Below are positions 56,217 through 64,000 of a DNA stretch of 64,000 nucleotides, one piece after another. Where the stretch lies: NCBI GenBank assembly GCA_008690995.1, contig VRMN01000001.1, positions 930,001 to 994,000 of the forward strand. Direction: 5' to 3'. The notes under the pieces were generated by a model. It was given only the letters and a program-made list of their open reading frames with translations. It did not search any database and was not told the origin of the DNA. Within the stretch, counting starts at the first letter, position 1, and each line of letters starts with the position of its first letter. The position numbers were made by a program, and so were the translations under genes. Origin of the DNA: Porphyridium purpureum. Its lineage: Eukaryota.

Positions 56217-56771
56217 ATGTCGAAGAAGAACAAGCTGTCGACGCGCAAGCGCGCGAACGAGTTTACCGTTCGAACGGAAAAAACAAGGGCGACCGAGATG
56301 AAGCTGCGCCAGACAAAGCGCGCACACAATAAGCAACTCCTCTCGGAATTGGTGCAGATGGTAAGTTGAAATGGTGTGACTGCTGTAGAGGAATCTAGGG
56401 TCTACCCGCCACCTGTAGGTATTAATTGCGTGGACGCCGGAGCTCAACGCCACGGCAGAAGGACAAGAACAACCTAACACTTTAGTATCTTCTTTTCGAT
56501 CTTCACGGACCGCTCGTATCTATGATGATGTTCACGAACGTCCATTCGACTGTCGACTGACATGGTGACGCCCTACACGCGTGCGTAGACGACAAGCGTG
56601 AAAGTGAATGAACATCGAGACGGACCGCTTCTGCCGCCTCTGGGGTCGAGCCCAATGTCGGAAAAGCCTGCGAGAGGTAACGGTAAGGTCAGAAAGCCGA
56701 GAAAACAGGACGTTCGCCGGAAAAATAAGATTGCGCAGCGCATGCAAAATCAAAAGGCCATGATCAAATGA
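56217..56771 (+). CDS. Small basic two-exon protein (exon 1 56217-56360, intron 56361-56588, exon 2 56589-56771; 108 aa)
   Basis: Donor GTAAGT at 56361, branch-like ACTGAC near 56556 and acceptor TAG at 56586-56588. The phase-0 join gives MSKKNKLSTRKRANEF...LVQM|TTSVKVNEH...RKPRKQDVRRKNKIAQRMQNQKAMIK*. Confidence 0.7.
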
Positions 56772-56959
56772 TGGGCTCATCTTGAATTGCAGGATTTGCG
56801 CGCAGAGTACCAGGAAATGTTTGGCTTCTTCTTCGTTTTATCAAAGTGTCTCGAACTTCCTGTTTTTGTCTTTTCTGTGTTTTCAGCATGTCCGTGCTAG
56901 GTGCGCTCCATCATTTACGTTGTGACTGGCCCGTCCAGCGCGTTCTGCCTTTGAGGGCC

Positions 56960-57310
56960 CTATCCAAACATCGACGTGTACTCTTGCATCGTCGTGATGG
57001 CCACCATTTCGTTGTAAACATTCAAGTCAAGAGCGTCGCCCATGCTGATCATGTGGACTTCCTGAAGGCTAAGGTCAGACTGTACAACACCTTCAACTTG
57101 CGCGTACGCTGATGCTACGGGCACAGCGCCAGCAGGGCGCACCACCCGTATCGTCCGGCTGCTGCCGGGCACACACTCGACCGCGCACTCGGCGTCGTTC
57201 ACGGATGTCAACTTGCCCGCTACCACCACCGTCCTCCCCACAAACTGCGGCAATTGCTCCGCCTGCACGAGAGGCGACATCCCTTCGACCTTTGCCGCCG
57301 CGGACACCAT
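56960..57310 (-). CDS. RPA3: Replication protein A 14 kDa subunit (OB fold)
   Basis: SPLVQAEQLPQFVGRTVVVAGKL...QVEGVV...GDALDLNVYNEMV...YTSMF. Confidence 0.85.
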   Translation of the reverse strand: MVSAAAKVEGMSPLVQAEQLPQFVGRTVVVAGKLTSVNDAECAVECVPGSSRTIRVVRPAGAVPVASAYAQVEGVVQSDLSLQEVHMISMGDALDLNVYNEMVAITTMQEYTSMFG

Positions 57311-57961
57311 CCTTGCCCCTTTGTTTTCCCTCCTACCGTTCAGGCCCTGCTCCGTTGTCTCCTTCGGACGTCTCCGTGCCCACGCACCTCTGCCAGACCC
57401 CACGTCCCGCCAGTTTCACCTTGTTTCGCTGGCCCCGAAAAAAAAAAAAAAGGAAAAGGGTTTCCTTCGCGCCAAAAAATATGATCTTCTTCAAAAATGG
57501 CCGTGTTCAACTATGAACGCCGAAGTCGCGGAAGTGGCAGAACAAGTAAACCGACCTTCGGCGCAAGTTCACAGCACATTCTTCGTCGGGGTTTCCCTTT
57601 CGACGTCTGAGCAGATGCGCGAGTTCCCTCCTTACCACGGTTGTGCGAAGGACCCGCCTCCAAGCCACGCGTGGAGCAAATTGGCTGTGAAAGGGCGCGC
57701 GGAGGGGCACACGAGCGGCTGCAAAAACACGCCTGGAGTGCAGCCCAAAGATTATCAACAAGGTCTGGTTTATAATTTGTCGTGACGCCGGCTGGGCGCC
57801 TTTCGGTCCGGTGCTGCCTCTGACGTGTAGGCTATATACAATATTCCAACTATCTCGCTCCTCCACCACACGTTTCAGACTTATTCACAATCGCAAACGA
57901 ACAACAGCAACAACAAAAACTGCGCTCTGCGAGGAGCACAGCATGTGCCGGCCACGATGTA

Positions 57962-59299
57962 TTACTGACTCCCACCAAACGATCCCTTTCGCCCAGACTT
58001 TCGCGGCGAGCGCTCTGCCATTGTAAACTGTGGGAAAAGAGCGCCCTGTTCGATCGTTTTGTTGCGAAGCACACCGTGACTGCTCAAAGCACTCAGCGCA
58101 AGCTCACGTTCAATTTCCTTGTAGTCACGCGTGCTCACGTATAAGCGATAGTCCAACGCTTCCAGAATCATCACTTCCAGCCGGTTCAGGTGCTCGTTCG
58201 TTGTGTTTGCAATTTCCGCATAATACTGATTTGAATGAACGCGATCATCTAGGTACTTTGACGAAATAAGCACACAGACAAGAAAGACACGCCATACAGT
58301 ATCAATCGAGATTACATCCTCAAACTCCGGAAGTCGTGCGAGGCGTCGCAGGTACTGCAGGGCGACCGCGTACGCAGACACCGAGCAACGAGCATATCGA
58401 AGCACGTAGCTGGTGCAACCCACGAGCGAGCCATTTACCTTGTCATCCTGCAGCAAGTTCTCGGCGCGCTCCATGACCAAACCATCCCTACGCTCCCGCT
58501 CGGTTGTCGGTCCCACAATGTCAAGCGCCGACCACGCGTACGGATTGTCTGCGCTCCTGACCACTGGGCTGTAAAATGGATCGTATACTTCGCACCACGG
58601 CGGAAAGTCGAAAACATCCTCGCCGTCGGAGACTTCATGGCCTGAAAGAGCAGCCTTCCTCGCCAGGGCCTTCCTTTCTTTGACTTTGAAGCACTCCTCG
58701 CGCAGACTCATGGCGAGAGCGTATGCTAGGGGGAAGTTGTTTCTCGCACGTTTTGACTCTGACTCCTGCGCAGCTCGAGACACCCCACCTTGAAGGTGAG
58801 AAACCGGCACAGTCGCAGACCCCAGCGGCGGGGTGAGCGACGAGCTAGACCGCGGAATGCCCTTCTTTTCCCCTAGCGCCGGCAGCGCCGACGTTGAGAT
58901 CGACTTTGTCAAGTCAGCCACCGGTTTTAGGTCGCCGTCGGCAAGGACTGGTAACAATGACATCGAGGACGACCTTGCTCCGTCACTTTCTGACACGGGG
59001 CAACCGCACGCCACCGTCAGTCCTTGAAAGTTTTGGAAAACCTCTTGCGCCTTGGAGTCTGATCCCAAGCTGCTGGCGCCGACCTGACTCTGAGACACTA
59101 CATCGCTCGAGCACCTATTTCGTTTGGCCTTTTCCGGGTTTACCACAAGCGCGAAGGAGGGCCCCGCCTGCCCGATCGGGCTACTCCGAAGATGCGCTGC
59201 CATGGCCGTGCTCGTTGAGTCTGCGGGCAAAAACCCGCACGGCGCCACCCGCGCGTCGCTCGCCGGCATACCTTTGTCCGAGCCGATTGACAGCAACAT
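57962..59299 (-). CDS. PHO80/CYCU(P)-type cyclin
   Basis: YARCSVSAYAVALQYL...RVFLVCVLISSKYLDDRVHSNQYYAEIA...LNRLEVMILEALDYRLYVS. The start is at 59299 or 59269. Confidence 0.88.
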   Translation of the reverse strand: MLLSIGSDKGMPASDARVAPCGFLPADSTSTAMAAHLRSSPIGQAGPSFALVVNPEKAKRNRCSSDVVSQSQVGASSLGSDSKAQEVFQNFQGLTVACGCPVSESDGARSSSMSLLPVLADGDLKPVADLTKSISTSALPALGEKKGIPRSSSSLTPPLGSATVPVSHLQGGVSRAAQESESKRARNNFPLAYALAMSLREECFKVKERKALARKAALSGHEVSDGEDVFDFPPWCEVYDPFYSPVVRSADNPYAWSALDIVGPTTERERRDGLVMERAENLLQDDKVNGSLVGCTSYVLRYARCSVSAYAVALQYLRRLARLPEFEDVISIDTVWRVFLVCVLISSKYLDDRVHSNQYYAEIANTTNEHLNRLEVMILEALDYRLYVSTRDYKEIERELALSALSSHGVLRNKTIEQGALFPQFTMAERSPRKSGRKGSFGGSQ

Positions 59300-60305
59300 C
59301 ACGACAACAATGACCCACCTCTAAGCACGGCGTCAAATGCCCATGCACAACGCCATGCACCAAACCCTACCGGGCGCACGCCGCCCGAGCGAGTGACTCG
59401 TAACTACCCACGCCGCCTCCCACGCGCACGTGCCCTTCCTCACCCCTATGCTCACGACCTTTCCCCGACACGACGCCTTTCCCCGTGCCTCGCCTCACGT
59501 AGCTCTCACTACTTTCTGTGAACTAGCACCAACTGCCCGAACAAATATTCCTGTCCGTCTTGTCTCGGCGGTCGTGCCGCTCCGGTCCCCACCGAATTTG
59601 TGTACGTGGTGGCAAACCAACCGGCCGGGGCCGCTCCCGCACATCGAGGCACGTTCCCTTGGCACCAGTGACACAGCTCGCAACTCTCATACCAAAACAT
59701 GGCCATTTGCCACGGGCGTCACTCATCAACAATTAGAGCAATGCAGCATTCGCTTGCCATCTGTCGTCCCCGCCACACAAAACTCGCACGCTCAAACACA
59801 CGCACACACAAACAAATGGCGCGTGCATCAAGCAGGACTGTACCGCGCGCTGACTGTACCTGATGTGACCGGGCGCGTGGCCAACAGGGCAGTGTCGATC
59901 GTGCACGAAGTGGAAAGTAGTGGCGCGCGGGCGCCCGGGGCGGTACATGTGTGGTGGTGGGGGCTATTTTTGAACCGGTGTAACCGAAACGATATAACGG
60001 TTTGCACAACCGGTGCACTTCTCTTGCCGGCGCGCCGTCGGCTGCGAAGGGGGCGGATCTGTTTTCATGCCCGATTCGATTCAGTTACATCTGTGGTGCG
60101 GCCACACGCCAGGTGCGCTCGTGTGCACGCGCAGCAGCGGCGCATATAACGTAGGCGCTCTGCGGTAGCTGAGCGCGTGGCGTGGCATGCGGGGCCGCAT
60201 GATGGACAGCCAAGAAGAAGAAACGAGCGACAAAGTGTGCTGCTGAGAGAGCGCCGACAAATAGTAAAGTGGAGCACGACTACGAAGGTTGGAGGGTCGA
60301 GAGGG

Positions 60306-60629
60306 ATGGCATTTGTGACGTGCACATCGAATCAGGTAAATGCGACGCGCCCCGCAGGCGCCAAATCTGCGGCATGCAGCAGGAGCATGGAGCCTTTCAT
60401 GGTGGTCGGCCTGTTGACGCGTCGAAAGACCGTCAGGTTTGCAGTGCCGGAGCACGCCTCTGCGGACGCGGAGCATACTCAGTGTCCGGTGGTCCGCCCC
60501 GGGGCCGAGAAGGTGCTTGAAGAATACGGCCAGTTCTTGGCGCAGCAAGCGCCCGAAGATTTTGCAGAGTTTGTCAAACATCCATGCTTCTATCCGGAAA
60601 ACGCGCTGGGTTTGTGCTCTCCCATCTAG
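60306..60629 (+). CDS. Small putative plastid-targeted protein of unknown function (107 aa)
   Basis: Begins MAFVTCTS, like other plastid-targeted genes in this window; plausible helical C-terminus KVLEEYGQFLAQQAPEDFAEFVKHP. Confidence 0.55.
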   Translation: MAFVTCTSNQVNATRPAGAKSAACSRSMEPFMVVGLLTRRKTVRFAVPEHASADAEHTQCPVVRPGAEKVLEEYGQFLAQQAPEDFAEFVKHPCFYPENALGLCSPI

Positions 60630-61284
60630 AACGCAGGGAATGAAGCAGAACTCCACATCGCGGAGTTTCTTGTGACTCGTGAAAGACGCGAATGAAGAAA
60701 ACTGGTCGGAGGCCGTCTCACGCGTCTCTGTGTAAGAAGGAAAGCGAGCTAACAAAGTAATAGTCCAAGCGTCAATTTTGCGAGCTTTGCGATTGAGCTT
60801 TAACAGTTTAGATAAAGCGGCTCGAGTACTGCCAAGATTTAGCTTGGTCGCCTTGCAAAGTCATACGCGTGACATTGCGTCTCTCCCTCCTCAGCCTTCC
60901 GGGGCAGATCCCCTGAATCCCTGCCTCTGTCTTCGTCACCTCAAGGCCGGCATCGGGTGAAAGAAAAGCACTGTCACACTTTGATCTTGTGCGTGAGAAT
61001 CTCTCTTCGGCTGGTGTACGCGCACCACTGGACGTGCGAAGCCAGACAAATCAGCGGGATGCGTGGCATTTTGCGCGCTGCTCGCTCCGTCCACTCGTGC
61101 AAGCGTTCTGCACCAACTTCACTGTACCTCTGCAACACGGGTACACTGTTTGATCGATGTGCTCGACGGCGCGCCGATGCGCAGCGCGAGCTGCAGGTGT
61201 GCAAGAGCGGGGACGAACTGAGCGGCGCGGGACGGGCGGAGCGTCGTACAGTTCGTCGTTCGCGCGGGGTGGATACTCACAAGC

Positions 61285-64000
61285 ATGGCATTCGGGTGCC
61301 TCGGCTTTATTGGTGCGCCGTTGGGTGGCGCTGCGTTCGCACTGCGCGTGCCGCATGCTTCGGTTGGGTCACGCCCGCGATGCGCACAGCGCCGCTCGTC
61401 GCGCGCGCGCGGCCTGTGCATGGAGGCTACAGCCTCTGTTCCCGAGGCCGCGGTGTCTGGGAGCAGCGTCTCCCGTGACGCGCGGGCCAGTGCACACAGC
61501 GCGTCGACAGCAGCTGAGATTAAAGAAATCACGGCGCGCCCGGGGTGGCATGTGCACAAATTTGGCGGCACTTCGCTGGCTACGCCGGAGCGCATCGAGA
61601 GCGTCGCACGTCTCATGCATTCCCAGATCAGAGAAGGCCGCAAGCTGTTTGTGGTCCTCTCGGCTGTTGGCGGCGTAACGAACAAGCTGGTGGCTATGGT
61701 CGACCAGGCAGCACGGCGTGATAAGGACTCGCACTTCCTCGAGGGTATTGAGGATCTGCGCGACCAACACGAGTCATTTGCCGAACGGCTATTAGACGAG
61801 GATGCTCGGGAGGCCTTCCTGGCAACGTTCAATGCAGACCTGCGCGATATCCGGGACGTGTTGCGCGCCATATGGATCGCTCGCACGTCATCGGAGCGCT
61901 TGCGCGAACTTGTGATGGGTTACGGCGAACTGTGGAGCACGCAGCTAGTGTGGGGCACGCTGCGCTCAGCCAAGTACGATTGCAAGTGCTCTTGGATGGA
62001 TGCGCGTGACGTTCTGCTTCTTCGCGACGACGATGAGTCGCGCCGCAGCAGTCGTCGCCTGATCAACTGGGAGGGTTCTTCACAAAATCTCAAGAGCTGG
62101 CTGGATAACCATCCCACTAGCGTAGTTCTGGCTACAGGCTTCATTGCGCGCATGCCGGACGGCGTGTCGAGCACGTTGGGCCGTAATGGCAGCGACCACT
62201 CGGCGACATGCTTTGCAAGCATGCTGCGAGCGGCTGTATGCGAGATCTGGACTGATGTGGACGGCGTGTACTCTGCGGATCCGCGGCAAGTTCCGGATGC
62301 TAGACTGATTGACTCGCTGAGCTACAAGGAGGCCAGCGAGCTTGCGTATTTTGGTGCCAAAGTGCTGCACCCGGACTGCATGTCGCCTCTTGTGAACGAC
62401 TCGATTCCTTTGCGCATTCGAAACAGCTACAACCCAGAAGGGCTTGGCACTCTCGTGCGAGAGGACCGGTTGCTTTCCGACGCGGAAGTCAAGGTGACCG
62501 ATCGCAGTGTTGGCGTCAAAGGCTTCTCGATCATGAACGATGTCGCACTAATCAATGTGGAAGGTGCCGGCATGATTGGCGTTCCGGGCATTGCCGGTCG
62601 TATGTTCAATGCTTTGTTTGAGGCCAACGTGAGCTGTATCTTCATTTCTCAGGCTAGTTCAGAGTACTCAATCTGCTGCGGAGTGTCTGGTTCCGCGGTA
62701 CAGGTGGCCAAGAACGCCATTCAGCGAGCCTTCCGTTTTGAGCTGGAAGAGAGAATTATCTCGGCCGTGACCATCGTGCCGGACGTGAGCATCCTCGCTT
62801 TGGTGGGAGAGAATATGCAGCGCATTCCGGGAGTCGCGTCGCGGCTCTTTCAGAGCCTCTCGAACGTTGGCATCAGCGCCATTGCCATGGCGCAGGGCTC
62901 ATCAGAGCGTAATTTGTCCGTTGTGGTTCGTGGCATTGACGCCAAGCGCGCGCTGCAGGCCGCGCACTCGTCGTTCTACCTGTCGCGGCTCCCGATCGCC
63001 GTAGGAATCATTGGCCCGGGTCTCGTCGGGGGCGTCCTATTGCTGCAGATCCAGGAACAAGCGGATCAGCTCGCGCGCGAGTTTGGCGTTCAGTTGCAGG
63101 TGCATGGGATTACGACATCGAGCAAGATGTTGCTCTCTGCCGCCACCGATGTGGAGGGCATCAATTTGAGCAAGTGGAAGAGCGACTTTGAGGATGCAGC
63201 CGGGCCTTCTAATATGGACCGCTTTGTAGAGCACTTGAAGCAAAGATCGCCCCATGTGGTGCTGTGTGACTGTACGGCATCGGAGGTGGTATCCGGCTTC
63301 TATGAAAATTGGCTCTCGCAAGGCTTGAACATTGTAACGCCGAATAAGAAGGCCAACTCTTCAAGCATGCAGCAGTACAAGAATCTTCGCCGCGCTCAGC
63401 TCGCGGGCAACCATTCGCACTTTTTCTATGAAGCCAACGTGGGCGCGGGCTTGCCCGTGATTTCAACGATGCGCGATCTGCTTCGCACCGGTGACAAGTT
63501 TCTGGAGATTGAAGGGATTTTTTCAGGAACACTCAGCTACATCTTTAATGAGTTTGACGGCTCGCGTCCCTTTTCTGAAATCGTTGGCCTGGCAAAGGAG
63601 CAAGGATACACCGAGCCAGACCCGCGCGACGACTTGTCAGGTATGGACGTAGCTCGCAAGGTTTGCATCTTAGCGCGAGAGATTGGGCTCGAAGTTGAGC
63701 TTGACCAAGTACCTGTGAAGAGCTTGGTACCGGACGAGCTCGCCGGCTCGGACGTGTCGATTGCCACCTTCATGGAAAGGCTACCCGAGTTTGATGGCAA
63801 CCTCGCCCAGATGGCGAGCGAGGCGGCACAGAAGCAAGAGCGCTTAAGGTACGTGGGTGTTATCGACGCCGTCAACAAGAAGTGCCGCGTCGAACTCCGT
63901 ACGTACCCGGAGACACATCCCTTTGGCGCGTTGAAAGGCTCAGACAATATTGTTCTGTTCCGTACTGTCCGGTACGACGCCCAGCCGTTGACCATCCGCG
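61285..64000 (+). CDS. thrA: Plastid bifunctional aspartokinase/homoserine dehydrogenase (runs off the right edge)
   Basis: Manual translation: MAFGCLGFIG transit peptide, HKFGGTSLA, TLGRNGSDHSA, WTDVDGVYSADPR, two ACT domains (ISQASSE, QGSSE), IGPGLVG, TPNKKA, YEANVGAGLP, GYTEPDPRDDLSGMDVARK. No stop lies in the window. Confidence 0.96.
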   Translation, partial: MAFGCLGFIGAPLGGAAFALRVPHASVGSRPRCAQRRSSRARGLCMEATASVPEAAVSGSSVSRDARASAHSASTAAEIKEITARPGWHVHKFGGTSLATPERIESVARLMHSQIREGRKLFVVLSAVGGVTNKLVAMVDQAARRDKDSHFLEGIEDLRDQHESFAERLLDEDAREAFLATFNADLRDIRDVLRAIWIARTSSERLRELVMGYGELWSTQLVWGTLRSAKYDCKCSWMDARDVLLLRDDDESRRSSRRLINWEGSSQNLKSWLDNHPTSVVLATGFIARMPDGVSSTLGRNGSDHSATCFASMLRAAVCEIWTDVDGVYSADPRQVPDARLIDSLSYKEASELAYFGAKVLHPDCMSPLVNDSIPLRIRNSYNPEGLGTLVREDRLLSDAEVKVTDRSVGVKGFSIMNDVALINVEGAGMIGVPGIAGRMFNALFEANVSCIFISQASSEYSICCGVSGSAVQVAKNAIQRAFRFELEERIISAVTIVPDVSILALVGENMQRIPGVASRLFQSLSNVGISAIAMAQGSSERNLSVVVRGIDAKRALQAAHSSFYLSRLPIAVGIIGPGLVGGVLLLQIQEQADQLAREFGVQLQVHGITTSSKMLLSAATDVEGINLSKWKSDFEDAAGPSNMDRFVEHLKQRSPHVVLCDCTASEVVSGFYENWLSQGLNIVTPNKKANSSSMQQYKNLRRAQLAGNHSHFFYEANVGAGLPVISTMRDLLRTGDKFLEIEGIFSGTLSYIFNEFDGSRPFSEIVGLAKEQGYTEPDPRDDLSGMDVARKVCILAREIGLEVELDQVPVKSLVPDELAGSDVSIATFMERLPEFDGNLAQMASEAAQKQERLRYVGVIDAVNKKCRVELRTYPETHPFGALKGSDNIVLFRTVRYDAQPLTIR

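Noticed and set aside
56522..56560. Box C (ATGATGA) and box D (CTGA) inside the intron, suggesting a C/D snoRNA
   Set aside because: The boxes span only ~39 nt, there is no terminal stem, and the CTGA coincides with the branch-point motif.

Overview
This is a GC-rich, gene-dense, almost intron-free eukaryotic nuclear region. It most likely comes from a unicellular red alga such as Porphyridium; this is inferred from several genes starting with 'M(A/S)F/AFV'-type plastid transit peptides, a kynurenine monooxygenase, a carbohydrate sulfotransferase and very short intergenic gaps. About 29 protein-coding genes are supported: ankyrin/TM protein (truncated), FHA + CHD-like protein, RSH, Rad21/Rec8, KMO, sulfotransferase, RNase HII, Thg1, serine racemase, UMPS, p24, HIG1, VTC1-like, akirin-like, GT-A/fucosyltransferase fusion, UTP15, aminotransferase, WNK-ankyrin kinase, threonine synthase, VPS4, HAT1, CCT protein, secreted P/T-linker protein, AMT1, R2R3-MYB, RIO2, a two-exon basic protein absent from the ORF track, RPA3, PHO80-like cyclin, a small plastid ORF and AK-HSDH (truncated). 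No rRNA, tRNA, CRISPR array or intact mobile element was recognised. The most notable items are: a secreted protein whose C-terminal domain has Hint-like Cys1 and TxxH features; a WNK kinase fused to ankyrin repeats; an ATPase-less FHA/CHD6-9-like protein; a recurrent ACTGTAC/GTACAGT motif in upstream regions; and a ~2.7 kb decayed gene relic. All family calls come from motif recognition by eye, not database searches.
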